A DNA stretch of 64,000 nucleotides from the sequence record NC_022096.1, one strand, 5' to 3'. A program made the translations under genes and the position numbers. The notes below the pieces were generated by a model that was given only the letters and a program-made list of their open reading frames with translations, did not search any database and was not told the DNA's origin. The stretch's first letter is position 1; each line of letters opens with the position of its first letter. Of the stretch, positions 46,501 through 55,904 are shown piece after piece.

Positions 46501-48145
46501 TGCCCAGCTCACCGTTACCGTGGAAGACGAAACCGTCTATCCGGTTAGCGCTGTGATCACCGGTGCAGCCGTCGTGGACTCGCTGCAAACCTCGCAGTAT
46601 GAGCTGCGCGTGACCTTCGATGACAACTCGACCCTGGTAATGCAGGCTGATAGCTGGTCGTCGAGCAACACCACCACCGGCGGCACCATCGACGAGAACG
46701 GCCTGTTCACTGCTGTCGAGAACGTGTCTGGTTCCAACATCAACACGACTCTGACCGCGACCTACAGCCTGGATGGTCGTGAAGTCACCGCGACTCGCGT
46801 TATCGCCGTGCATGACGTGACGAACTATCCGGCAAGCGTCGCTATCAGCGGCCCGAACTCGGTGAACTCGTCCGTGAGTGATGGTCCTGGCACTGCGCAG
46901 TACACCGCGGAAGTGACGTATCTGGACGGTACCAAGAACACGCTACCCTCCGGTACGTGGTCTGTCGAAGGCGCTTCACAGTCCGATCCTGTGGGCACCA
47001 TCGATGCGGCCGGCCTGTTCACTGCCAACCAAACTCCGGGTGGCGGCAACCGCAACATTTCGATCAAGTTCAGCTACACCGAATTTGGTCGTACCGTCAA
47101 CGGCTCCAAGTCTGTGGCGTTCGTTGTTGTGCCGATTCCGCAGTCGCTGGCCATCAATGGTCCGAGCGAAGTGGCTTCGGATGTTTCGCAGCCGTACACT
47201 GCACGCCTGACGCTGAACAACGGTGGCACCATGGACGTACTCGCTACGTTCAGCACTACCGCAGCATCCAACATCGCGTCCATGTCGGCGGATGGTACTC
47301 TGGCTGTGCAACATCTGGCCGCAGATACTCCGATCGAACTGCACGCGACGTACACTGGCAATGGCATCACTGTCACCGCCGACCGCACCATCACTGGTAA
47401 GAAGGCGGTGGAACTCGATAGCATCACTGTATCGGGTCCGACCAACCTTGCCAGCGGTAACAGCGCGCAGTACACAGTCACTGCTCACTACGACAACGGA
47501 ACCACGGCTGATGTTACGGCCTCGGCTACGTTCTCCAGCAGTGTTCCTGCTGCCGGTACGTTCAGTGGCGTGACTCGCGGTCTGTTCCAGGCTGCAAACG
47601 TGCAGAGCGACACCGACACCGTGCTGACGTTCGGCTTCACTGCGAACGGCATCAGCCGATCCGCCACTGTCAACCTGCAGGTGGCTGCTCCGTTGCCAAC
47701 TGGTAGCAACTTGCCGCGCTACGGCGTAGCAATGTTCTCCGACACGGACTTCACCGGCGGTAAGACTGGCACTGACGTGAACTACGGTAATCCGTACACC
47801 CGTTGGTCCGGTATCCAGGACTTCGCCGATTCGGTGTTGACCAACCTGATGCCGAGCGCCAACAGCAGCGAGCAGTTCACGCTCAACATCGGCGAAGCCC
47901 AGTACGGCTACTTCATGCACTTGAAGTCGCTGTCCAACTACTGCGAGTTCACCGATCTTGCGATCAACGTGCCTGGCGGTATGGGCGGTATCACGTGGAC
48001 TCCGGAAGGTGAAATCGGCAGCACCTTCGATCCGATCGAAGTTACCTACGACTGTCACGATGGCAACGGCCCGCAACAGTGGCTGGTGTATCGTACCGAC
48101 TGGGATACCCTCGGCTCGATTACCTTCAGGGTTCGTTACACCTGA
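43571..48145 (+). CDS. large virion protein with about 12 tandem Ig-like (BIG2-type) domains
   Basis: About 95-aa repeats opening with (V/N)YP.SA.I.GP and containing W.SS...GTI...TG and I.ASYT. Confidence 0.85.
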   Translation: MATLAEFIRQAVALADYRNLAVENPIPVQLPLGNGENMTVVVSFMEPNNVTLPFNVSWIVVDPDSNDYLKVLRRTSALPMPGYRNTWVEITTMEDLIAEPQFWDLSSGFNLGEVEAPQLGAATIDVRGLVQLNREYAPDRDNPLVVGSNDARMSNARTPLPHTHPKLPITMMRGATGINAYTAKIGTANSPKAGEILTITGPGAQPNEWLGEWRRPTAADLVYDGPTFDDLIINGPVGNTIDETMPFTFSADAAFSDGQTIVGVAASWSVIGNGQYASIGTLTGIFQSLDVDQDQTVRVEARWTHPESGVQRSKFVDILVVDRTIQVNLVSIELNGPDEIEENSIATYTVTAHFDNGTSTGVTPTTFTSSNPGAGEFNAETGVLEVGELTTDQTTTISATYNFNGVTRDATLQVSCLDTTVYPANAVIVGPNTVDENTTVNFVLRVTYTNGTQVDVAASDWASSDEEAGTINATTGEFVAATNLFEDKQTVLTASYTLEGRTVNASKQVLVKDVTVYPRSATILGMASVNEGTIAQYQFRVTFSDDTSAVVSVSNWALDNPAVGTINPTTGQLVAAADVSVDTLGVISASYSANGQTVSATFNVTVTDETNYPASARIVGNAQMDENSTQTVTFEVTYTDGSKVIESITNWASSNTSAATIGAASGLVTAAVNLTANGTTTISGSFTRDGRTVTAELALTVRDTTNYPVSAVINGPATINEGGQADYTLAVTFTDGTTANRAANWSITGGNGATINTSGRVTAPANVDANTGATINASFTLDGRTVNAPARAIQIIDTTVYPSTARIIGPNSVPENTSQTYQLEVTFSDATKAIVPVTNWASSVPTTGTIDANTGLFSALETTGNKVTKITASYTAQGRTVGSELNITVVDATNYPVSAAIEGPAVVAEDGTAQYNLRVTFTDTTSSLVPVTDWASSNEGVGVINPTTGAFVAAANLLADGTTTISASYTSEGIRVDAQLTVTVEDETVYPVSAVITGAAVVDSLQTSQYELRVTFDDNSTLVMQADSWSSSNTTTGGTIDENGLFTAVENVSGSNINTTLTATYSLDGREVTATRVIAVHDVTNYPASVAISGPNSVNSSVSDGPGTAQYTAEVTYLDGTKNTLPSGTWSVEGASQSDPVGTIDAAGLFTANQTPGGGNRNISIKFSYTEFGRTVNGSKSVAFVVVPIPQSLAINGPSEVASDVSQPYTARLTLNNGGTMDVLATFSTTAASNIASMSADGTLAVQHLAADTPIELHATYTGNGITVTADRTITGKKAVELDSITVSGPTNLASGNSAQYTVTAHYDNGTTADVTASATFSSSVPAAGTFSGVTRGLFQAANVQSDTDTVLTFGFTANGISRSATVNLQVAAPLPTGSNLPRYGVAMFSDTDFTGGKTGTDVNYGNPYTRWSGIQDFADSVLTNLMPSANSSEQFTLNIGEAQYGYFMHLKSLSNYCEFTDLAINVPGGMGGITWTPEGEIGSTFDPIEVTYDCHDGNGPQQWLVYRTDWDTLGSITFRVRYT
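44250..47690 (+). repeat. about 12 degenerate ~285-nt tandem repeats encoding Ig-like domains
   Basis: YP anchors near 44833, 45119, 45403, 45688, 45971, 46253, 46538, 46826 plus four flanking, more divergent units. Confidence 0.8.
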
Positions 48146-48160
48146 TAGGTCAACCACTAA

Positions 48161-48188
48161 GGACGGGTCTTCGGGCCCGTCCGTTTTT
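48161..48188 (+). terminator. rho-independent terminator
   Basis: GGACGGGTC-TTCG-GGCCCGTCC-GTTTTT. Confidence 0.88.
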
Positions 48189-48199
48189 GGAGTTCTGCT

Positions 48200-49156
48200 A
48201 TGCCACTCTACGCATCTGCTTTTTTCGTGCCTACGAGTGCTGGTGTGCCGTACATTCTGGAGGATATTTATCTCCGTGGCGGCTACCGCTCCGTGGCAAC
48301 AATCGCGGATCGTGATGCAATCAAATCTGCTGCGCGTAAGCAAGGTGCGATTGTCTACGTCCGTGAAGACACAACTCTCTACTGGCTGCCCGATACGGCC
48401 GTCGCTGGGTCCGATGCTTGGAAGCCATTTGACGTGACCCGTTACGTCAACTTCGTCTGGGATGCACCGCTGTCTCTCGATACCGAGACGGAGCCGGGTA
48501 AGTTCCATGTGAAGATCGACGGGAAGCGCATTGTCCCAGTGATCTTGGAAGAACACGCAGGCTTCGTGCTGATCGTTGGCGAGGGCGGCAACCCTGTGTG
48601 GGCTAAGCTGGATGCCTTGCCTAATCGTGATGCTGCCGCTGCTGGCCATGCGCTGATCTTGGATGCCCAGAAGAATCCGATCTGGGGTGCCGTGTCCTCG
48701 CTCCCATCTACCGAAGGTGTTGCGCAGGGTTCCGCCCTTGTCGTCGATTCCGAAGGCGGTGCTGTTTGGGGCGAAGCTGCCAAGAAGGCGCGCATTACAC
48801 CTGAGCATTCCCCGGGTCCGATCATTGCGGCTGGCACTGCACAGTTTGAACTCACGCTGAACTCCCAGTTCGGTGCCGTGCTTCGTCTGGCTGTGTCGCA
48901 TCCTGATCTGGTTGTCGAACTGCATCGCGCAGAAACCTTCGACGACACCAACCCGTACACGTTCATTTCGTCTGTTGCCAAGCTCGAAGACGATGGCATC
49001 ACCGTCCTCGAAGGCGGCGAAATCCAGAAATCCCGTCGCTATGGGTTCTTCGAGGCTGCCACGGCCGTCGAGCCCAAGATGTACGTCAAGATCACCAACG
49101 AAGGACAGGACTCGGTCGAGCCTACTCTCTACCTGACGTTCCTGCCTATGGAGTAA
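48200..49156 (+). CDS. putative virion/tail-associated protein
   Basis: RGGYRSVATIADRDAI and repeated G.P.W short motifs typical of tail fibre-associated proteins; GGAG RBS. Confidence 0.6.
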   Translation: MPLYASAFFVPTSAGVPYILEDIYLRGGYRSVATIADRDAIKSAARKQGAIVYVREDTTLYWLPDTAVAGSDAWKPFDVTRYVNFVWDAPLSLDTETEPGKFHVKIDGKRIVPVILEEHAGFVLIVGEGGNPVWAKLDALPNRDAAAAGHALILDAQKNPIWGAVSSLPSTEGVAQGSALVVDSEGGAVWGEAAKKARITPEHSPGPIIAAGTAQFELTLNSQFGAVLRLAVSHPDLVVELHRAETFDDTNPYTFISSVAKLEDDGITVLEGGEIQKSRRYGFFEAATAVEPKMYVKITNEGQDSVEPTLYLTFLPME

Positions 49157-49159
49157 GTC

Positions 49160-50350
49160 ATGCTGATGATCGCCGAAGCTAAAGTGAAGGACTTGGCGAC
49201 AATGTCCTGGTTTACCTACACCGGCGAGAAGGCGATCAAGCTCGGTACGGACAAACAGTTCAACCAGAAGCATCCACTCGTGGTGCGCCCAGGTGAACTG
49301 GTCGGTCTGAAAAAAGCTGCCCGTGGTCCAGGTGCTGGCAACTACCAAGTTGTGCTGGGCCACGCGGTGCATGTCCTCTTCCGCAACGTCACGCAGAAGA
49401 TGATCGATAAGATCGAGGGCAAGCTCAAGCCGTACAAGGGTAAGCCACCGGAGCATGGTCAACTTCAGGAAGGTAAGAAGCGCACCACGAAGGTGCGTAT
49501 CCGAGAAAAGGAAACCTCCGACAAGCTGGTTGCTGATCTGTTCAAACCCGAAGGGCCTGTGCGAGAGAACGCTACCTACAACAGGGAGAACTACCAATGG
49601 CGCCGTGTTGTTCACGCTGGCGTCGCGGTGAAATCCTTGAAGCAGGGTCGTTCCAAGTACAGTACCCAAGAAGGCGATGTCGTCGGTATGCGTTACATGA
49701 CCAAGGCGCGTGGTGGCTTCATCATCCTGCCAAACATGCAGCGCGTCAACATTGATCACGACACCTACATGAAGCTCATCGAGTCCACGCGCATCCAACC
49801 GTCCTCGAAGCAACAAAAAGGCATCGTGATTCTCGCCGACGTTAAGGCAACCCTGCCGAAAGAGACGCGCAATCGCAAGAAGAAGGAACCAGAACCGGAC
49901 GTTCGCATCCAGCGCGGTGAGCCCGAGAAAACGGCTGGCCGACGGATGCAACGTGACATCAAAGGCTTCACGCATGACCACGACATCCCAGACGTGGACA
50001 TTGAAGACGACGAACTGGAAGACGAAGCTCCATCGCAGGTGCCAGAAGCGCACCAGCCTGCGAAGGTGATCAGAGTCGGCTCGTTGCTCCAGAGCGCCAA
50101 GCGCCCTGACAACAAGTTTGCTGTCGTGGACGCCGAAGTACACGAAACGTACACCGAGTTCTCCCTCTACAGTCTGCGTACCAAGGATGTGCGTAAGCTG
50201 AGGATGTCCAACGATACCGACATGTCCAACACCAAGTCCGTTCTGGTGCTCGGTGATGTGTCCAAGTCGGAACTCGCCGCAGGTAAACGGGCTTTCAACA
50301 AGGCTGTAAAAGATAAGAAGTTTACCGTCGGCACCATTCATGACCAGTGA
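49160..50350 (+). CDS. hypothetical protein
   Basis: 396-aa ORF, GGAG RBS. Confidence 0.7.
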   Translation: MLMIAEAKVKDLATMSWFTYTGEKAIKLGTDKQFNQKHPLVVRPGELVGLKKAARGPGAGNYQVVLGHAVHVLFRNVTQKMIDKIEGKLKPYKGKPPEHGQLQEGKKRTTKVRIREKETSDKLVADLFKPEGPVRENATYNRENYQWRRVVHAGVAVKSLKQGRSKYSTQEGDVVGMRYMTKARGGFIILPNMQRVNIDHDTYMKLIESTRIQPSSKQQKGIVILADVKATLPKETRNRKKKEPEPDVRIQRGEPEKTAGRRMQRDIKGFTHDHDIPDVDIEDDELEDEAPSQVPEAHQPAKVIRVGSLLQSAKRPDNKFAVVDAEVHETYTEFSLYSLRTKDVRKLRMSNDTDMSNTKSVLVLGDVSKSELAAGKRAFNKAVKDKKFTVGTIHDQ

Positions 50351-52296
50351 GCATCATGGACAAGACTACTCTTTCTAAAATCAAACGGAATCCCAGAGGG
50401 TTTGCCGAGGGCTTGACCCTCGGTGAGCTCCGCAAAACACTGCAACACTTCGACTACGAATATCACGACAAGAACCAAAGCTCGGTCCCTGACCAGGTGT
50501 ATGACGTTCTCCGCGATGTTCACGATGAGCGCTCCAAGAAACCGTATTCCCGCGTGGGTGCCAAAAGCTCGCACGCGGCTCGTCGCGTCAAACTACCTGA
50601 ACCAATGGGTAGTCTTTCCAAGCTCAAGCCCGGCTCGTCCGGGCTTTTGGCGTTCCTGGACAAAGGCCCGTTCGTTGTTTCCGATAAGGAAGACGGCATT
50701 AGCCTGGAGCTGATCTACGAGAACCACGTGCTCTCGCGTGCGTTGCAGCGTGGTGACGGCAAGATCGGCACGGATTCCTCGGGCGTGATCCCTGCTCTCA
50801 AGGTTCCGCAGCGCGTCAAGGTACCTGAACTCATCGTTCGCGTTGAGTTCACCATGACCAAGCAGACATTTGACCGTCACTTCAACAGCGCCAAGGGCGG
50901 ACAATACGACACCGCGCGTAACGGTGCCGGCGGCCTGCTCAATCGTAACGAGCCGACGCAAGCCATCAGCAAGATCAAGTGTATCGCACACGAAATCATG
51001 CGTGGCCCGTTTGCCCGCAAGGCTCCGAGCAAGCAGTTCGCCTACTTGAAATCGCTGGGTTTCGACGTGGTACCGCATAAGGTATACCCGACGCTAAGCG
51101 AGAAGGTGCTGTCCAATCTGCTGGCTCTGCGCAAGGCTCGCTCCAAGCGCGAAATCGATGGCATCGTTGTTGCCCAAGATCGTCCGTACACCGTTGTGGG
51201 TAAGTACCCAAGCCACGCGTTCGCCTTCAAGATCAACGATCTGGAGTCGAGCGTCCTCGTCAAGGTCAAGGACGTTGAGTTCAACGAGTCTCGCTACGGT
51301 CGATTGGCTCCACGCATCCTGATCGAACCGACGAAGATCGGCGGCGTCATGGTCGAACACTTCACTGGCCACAATGGGTTCTACATCGAGCACGGCTACA
51401 CGTCGAAGCTCAAGGGCTCTCAGATTCCGTACGAGCCACGCCCGATCAACAAGGGCGCCACGATTCGTGCAGTACGGTCTGGTGACGTGATTCCGTACAT
51501 CGTGGAAGTCGTCAAGGCTGCCAAGAAACCTGCACAGCCTGATGTCCCGTTCGAGTCTGATGGTGTGCATTACTACGCCAAGCACGGCGGTGGCGATGAC
51601 CGTAAGGCCAAGTTGCTGCTCAACTTCTTCACGGCGTTGGAAGTGGATGGGATCAAGCGCGGCACTATCGACATTCTGATCGAGAACGGCTTCGACACCA
51701 TCAAGAAGATCATCACGGCTGAGGCTGCTGACTTCGAGGAGATTCCTCGTTTCGGCCATACTAAGGCAGTGACTCTGGAACGCAACATTCGCAACAGCCT
51801 AGCCAAGAACGCAACTCTAGCCAAGCTCGGTGCGGGTAGTGCCTTGTTCGGTGACAAGTTCGGGGAGTCCCGCCTGAATGAGCTGTTTAAGGCATTGCCG
51901 AACATCGTCTACTCGGATATGTCCCAGCGCCAGATGGTTGCAGCCATCCAAGAGATTCGCGGCTTCAAGGAGCTGGCGATCAAGGCGGCCGAGGCCATGC
52001 CGAAATTCCGCCTGTTCCTGAAGCGCCTAGGCGTCAAAGTTGTGCAGCCCAAAGTGCTGAAATCCAAGAGTGCTAAGCTGGCCGGTATGTCCATCCTGTT
52101 CACCTCGGTACGCGATAAAGAGCTGGCTGAGTGGATCGTGACGAACGGTGGTAAGCTGGCATCCAGCGTCAAGTCAGCTAATTTACTCATCGTGAAGGAC
52201 GAGTTCTCTACCAACAACAAGACCGAGTATGCCAATGCAAATGGCATCCCGGTTATGTCCCTGGATAAGTTCAGGGCCAAATACAAGGTGACGTGA
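50347..52296 (+). CDS. ligA: NAD+-dependent DNA ligase
   Basis: KEDG adenylation motif, RGDGKIG, RNGAGG, IDGIVV, FAFK, RSGDVIP, HhH region and C-terminal BRCT-like domain. Confidence 0.92.
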   Translation: MSIMDKTTLSKIKRNPRGFAEGLTLGELRKTLQHFDYEYHDKNQSSVPDQVYDVLRDVHDERSKKPYSRVGAKSSHAARRVKLPEPMGSLSKLKPGSSGLLAFLDKGPFVVSDKEDGISLELIYENHVLSRALQRGDGKIGTDSSGVIPALKVPQRVKVPELIVRVEFTMTKQTFDRHFNSAKGGQYDTARNGAGGLLNRNEPTQAISKIKCIAHEIMRGPFARKAPSKQFAYLKSLGFDVVPHKVYPTLSEKVLSNLLALRKARSKREIDGIVVAQDRPYTVVGKYPSHAFAFKINDLESSVLVKVKDVEFNESRYGRLAPRILIEPTKIGGVMVEHFTGHNGFYIEHGYTSKLKGSQIPYEPRPINKGATIRAVRSGDVIPYIVEVVKAAKKPAQPDVPFESDGVHYYAKHGGGDDRKAKLLLNFFTALEVDGIKRGTIDILIENGFDTIKKIITAEAADFEEIPRFGHTKAVTLERNIRNSLAKNATLAKLGAGSALFGDKFGESRLNELFKALPNIVYSDMSQRQMVAAIQEIRGFKELAIKAAEAMPKFRLFLKRLGVKVVQPKVLKSKSAKLAGMSILFTSVRDKELAEWIVTNGGKLASSVKSANLLIVKDEFSTNNKTEYANANGIPVMSLDKFRAKYKVT

Positions 52297-52721
52297 TGGC
52301 GGCAATCAAAATCAACCTCGCGGAAGCGGCTAATCGGGATGATCCTGATTTTGCCGCATTGCGTCAGCATCCGCGTTACGGTGATGCCGTGAAAATACTG
52401 CAGGCGCGTGGTTTGCGTCCGCAGGGCGTTCGCGGCTACCCAGCACTGCTCGACATTCTCAAGCAATTCGATGATGGAACGGTCGACGTTAAACGTGAGA
52501 GCGAGCCGCTGGCGCTTGCCAACCTGCGACGTGATCTTCCGCGTGAACTGGAAAAGCTGCGCGAACTTCAAGGCATCGTCAAGTCCATGCAGGATGAAGA
52601 TGTTGAACCCGAGGAGCTCGAAGCCGCACTTCAGGATGTCCAACACCAACTGCATCGTGTGGCAGGTTTGCGTAAGGCGATCACTCGCTTGTACGACCGC
52701 CATCGCAAACAAAAGAACTAG
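52293..52721 (+). CDS. hypothetical protein
   Basis: GTGA/ATG overlap with the ligase stop. Confidence 0.68.
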   Translation: MMAAIKINLAEAANRDDPDFAALRQHPRYGDAVKILQARGLRPQGVRGYPALLDILKQFDDGTVDVKRESEPLALANLRRDLPRELEKLRELQGIVKSMQDEDVEPEELEAALQDVQHQLHRVAGLRKAITRLYDRHRKQKN

Positions 52722-52729
52722 GAGTTCTC

Positions 52730-53659
52730 ATGGCACTCATTCATATCAATGCTGACGGTTCTTTCGAGGCTGTTGCTGCTGGCAGTTCGTTCGATACTGC
52801 CTACAAGGAACTCAAGGCGAAAGTCACTGCGTTGAAGGCCGACATCGCCGCGGCTCGAAAAACGGTGAACCCGCTCAAGCGCATCGCCGGCCTGAAACTG
52901 CAATTGCAGCACGCCCAGCCCAAACGCGCAGCCAAGATCAAAGAAATGATCAACGGCCTGCGCACCAAATTCAACCTCAGTCCAAAAGCGACCATCGGCG
53001 GTACTCAACGCGCTGTTGACAAGATGGAGACGCAACTGGCCAAGGTCGAAGCGCGTATTGAAAAACTGCGCGAGAAGAACTCCAACCGTCTTCAACCAAA
53101 GACGCCTGCCAAGAAGGCAAGCCAGCCTACCGCCAAGAAAGCAGTGACCCGCAAAGTCAGCTTCGACACGGAAGCTCGTCGCGCCGCCCGTGAGACCACC
53201 ATGGGCATCAAGGGCAAGTTGCGTGAACTGGACGCCAAGTCCAAAGAGCCGACCAAGAAGAAGCCCGCCAAGGCAACAGTCAAGCATCCAGGCAGCGTAA
53301 GCACTGGCGCCAAAGCAACTGTGTTGGCTACGATCAAGCAGATCAAAGCTGACATCGCCAAGGGCCTGACGGGTCCGAAGCTGGCCCGTGCACAGGCTGA
53401 ACTCAAGAAGCAGCGCGCTGCTCTGCGGGAACTGCGTAAAGGCGAGTCTGCCAAGAACGCTGCTGCCGTAGCTCCGCGTGCCAAGGCTTCCAAAGCTGGT
53501 ATGGGCAGCGCCGACAAGAAGCCCTCCTCGAACGAGAAGCGCATCGAGTCGCTGCGTGCCAAGCTCAAGCCGCTGAAACCAGGCTCGCCCGAGTATCGTC
53601 AGATCATGACCAAGATCAAGACGCTGCAAGGCCGTTCTCCCGTCGGTGGCAACCGCTGA
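52730..53659 (+). CDS. highly basic Lys/Ala/Arg-rich protein
   Basis: 309 aa; AGGAG RBS; few acidic residues. Confidence 0.75.
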   Translation: MALIHINADGSFEAVAAGSSFDTAYKELKAKVTALKADIAAARKTVNPLKRIAGLKLQLQHAQPKRAAKIKEMINGLRTKFNLSPKATIGGTQRAVDKMETQLAKVEARIEKLREKNSNRLQPKTPAKKASQPTAKKAVTRKVSFDTEARRAARETTMGIKGKLRELDAKSKEPTKKKPAKATVKHPGSVSTGAKATVLATIKQIKADIAKGLTGPKLARAQAELKKQRAALRELRKGESAKNAAAVAPRAKASKAGMGSADKKPSSNEKRIESLRAKLKPLKPGSPEYRQIMTKIKTLQGRSPVGGNR

Positions 53660-53731
53660 TAAGCAACACCAGTACCGTGGCTCGGACTAACCATCCGAGT
53701 CGCGGTTTGTCCGCATCTACGGAGCACGTCA

Positions 53732-54082
53732 ATGCAGCTACTCATTGCCATGGCCTCTGCGGAGGACACGCTGAACGAACGTATCCGAGCGCAGCGGAAG
53801 AAGCTGCAGGACATACGTCGCCAGCTCCAACTGTTCAATCGTATTCGACCGTTGCGTGCGTCCATCAAACGCAACCTGACGACTGCGAAGAACACCAAAG
53901 ACGACAACACCTTGAAACGCCTTAAGGTAGAGCGGCGTAACGCTGCGGCGCGCATTGCAGTTCTGGAGAAGAGCCTGACATCCAAGTCGTCAGAGGCTCA
54001 ATTGAAGGAGCAGTTGAAGCGCCAATCGGAACGGCTCAATGACCTGAACACCAAGCTACGGGAGCTGCGCACTGCGGCCTAG
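53732..54082 (+). CDS. basic coiled-coil protein
   Basis: 116 aa heptad-rich, GGAG RBS. Confidence 0.68.
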   Translation: MQLLIAMASAEDTLNERIRAQRKKLQDIRRQLQLFNRIRPLRASIKRNLTTAKNTKDDNTLKRLKVERRNAAARIAVLEKSLTSKSSEAQLKEQLKRQSERLNDLNTKLRELRTAA

Positions 54083-54091
54083 GGAAACGTC

Positions 54092-54580
54092 TTGAAATTC
54101 CCCAAGAATCCACGGGACATCGCCAAGTTCATCGATTTCCTAAGAGTGCTGTGTGCGTCGATTAACGGTAAGCCCGAGGGCTTTATCGGCACTGCCAAAG
54201 GCGTGGAATCCGCACACTGTCACACGCGCGTCGCCAAGTTCCTGCAGACGCACGCATCCGAACAACCAAAAGCAATGGTCGTTATCCTGGGTACTCCAGG
54301 TAGTTACTACGCCGTTGCGCACTCGCTCGTGGTGAGTGCAGATGAATCTGCCATCATTGTGGATGCCTACACTGGGCACTTCCTCGAAGGGCAGTACATC
54401 ACCGACTTGCAGGGTCACAAGAAGCACTACCTGATCTACGCTGCGTACTACGCCGCCGACCTTGTCACCCTAGCCAAGGCAGACAACTTCGAGGAAGCGC
54501 TTGAGCATCTGCGCGTCGCACCATTCAAGGGTGACGACATCCCATCGATTGGTCATGCCAAGGTACAAATCAAGAAGTGA
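54092..54580 (+). CDS. hypothetical protein
   Basis: TTG start after AGGGA. Confidence 0.6.
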   Translation: MKFPKNPRDIAKFIDFLRVLCASINGKPEGFIGTAKGVESAHCHTRVAKFLQTHASEQPKAMVVILGTPGSYYAVAHSLVVSADESAIIVDAYTGHFLEGQYITDLQGHKKHYLIYAAYYAADLVTLAKADNFEEALEHLRVAPFKGDDIPSIGHAKVQIKK

Positions 54581-54629
54581 GTGGCAGGATGCCCTCCTAA
54601 CTCAAATGGAATCTAAACAGGAAGCGGAT

Positions 54630-55904
54630 ATGAAACTTGCAGTCTACGCCATTGCGAAGAACGAAGCCAAACACGTCGAGCGCTGGTACGAGTCGGTAAA
54701 AGACGCCGACGAAATCATCGTGCTGGACACCGGCTCCACCGATGGAACCCAGAAGCTACTGAGCGATCTGGGCGTGCGTGTTGCCTCGATGGCTTTTGAA
54801 CCTTTCCGATTCGACACCGCCCGAAACGCGGCACTGAATCTGGTGAGCCTCGACGCCGACTACTGCATGTTCATCGACTTGGATGAGACCATGCCCAAGG
54901 GTAGCATCGCTGCCATTCGCAAGGCCATCAACAAGACTCAGAAGGACATGTACGCCCTGCGCCTGGTCTTCAAGTTTGACCACAAACGCCAGCCGATCGT
55001 GTCGTACCCGCGCGAAGCCGTACACCGCCGCAACGCTTTCTACTGGAAGTACCCTGTACACGAACTGCTCGCCTGCCATCAGGGCGAATACTCGTATGAG
55101 GAGCTCAACGTCCAGGTGTTCCACGAGCCGGATGAAACGAAAGAGCGCTCCTCGTATCTGAGCCTGCTGGAAACAGCCGTCGAAGAAAACCCGAACGATC
55201 CGCGTCAGGCGCAGTATCTGGGCCGTGAGTACATGTACCAAGGCCGCCCGTTCGATGCTCAGATGTGGCTCAAGCGCCACATTCAAATGGAACCACACGG
55301 TCCGTTCCGTTCAGAGTCTGCGTCGTACATTGCCCAGTGTTTCCTGATGCTCGAAGGGCAAGTCGAAGAGGCTATCGACGAAGCTGAGGCTTGGTACTTC
55401 CGAGCCATCGCCGAGTTCAATAGTGCCCGTGAACCGTTCTGTGAACTGGCGGACCTTTACTTCAAGTGCCATGAGTTCGAGAGTGCCATCGGCATGTTGA
55501 AGTCGGCCATGCGTATTCCAGCGAAGCCGAATGTCGCCATGATCAGCCGAGACGAGTTCTACTCGCACTGGCCGCATCACATGCTCGCTGCCTGCTACTT
55601 CAACATCGGCAATCGCACGGCAGCAAAATACCACATCCAAGAAGCGATGAAGTCTGCTGGCACTCTCAGCGGTCACCTCGCAAACGACATCGTGAAAATT
55701 CTGGGGCTCGAAAATGCTACTCAGTCTCTCCTTGGCGTCGAAGCCAGCTCGGGTGTCGAAGGACACGTTCCTGAAGATGGGCCCGAGCAAACAGAAGCAG
55801 TATCTGACCCACTACCCTCGGAGCAGCCATCGCTTTCTTCTCGCCAAGAAAGCCAAAGCTCCGAAACCGGAAGTGCAGCCGCGTCGTCGCCTGTCTCGGA
55901 ATGA
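54630..55904 (+). CDS. glycosyltransferase family 2 with TPR-like C-terminal repeats
   Basis: AIAKNE, VLDTGSTDGT, ARNAAL, FIDLDE (DxD), PVHE; helical YLGREY/AWY.RAI repeats. Confidence 0.85.
   Translation: MKLAVYAIAKNEAKHVERWYESVKDADEIIVLDTGSTDGTQKLLSDLGVRVASMAFEPFRFDTARNAALNLVSLDADYCMFIDLDETMPKGSIAAIRKAINKTQKDMYALRLVFKFDHKRQPIVSYPREAVHRRNAFYWKYPVHELLACHQGEYSYEELNVQVFHEPDETKERSSYLSLLETAVEENPNDPRQAQYLGREYMYQGRPFDAQMWLKRHIQMEPHGPFRSESASYIAQCFLMLEGQVEEAIDEAEAWYFRAIAEFNSAREPFCELADLYFKCHEFESAIGMLKSAMRIPAKPNVAMISRDEFYSHWPHHMLAACYFNIGNRTAAKYHIQEAMKSAGTLSGHLANDIVKILGLENATQSLLGVEASSGVEGHVPEDGPEQTEAVSDPLPSEQPSLSSRQESQSSETGSAAASSPVSE

Noticed and set aside
44250-47690. Diversity-generating retroelement or phase-variable repeat system in the Ig protein
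   Set aside because: Repeats are degenerate at DNA level, and no near-identical template repeat, reverse transcriptase or invertase was seen in the window.
23665-50310. Other TGTAAA hexamers inside coding regions (near 23665, 36558, 39335, 50305)
   Set aside because: They lack the N7-YATA element and can be explained by codons; not counted as promoters, though two lie shortly before gene starts.
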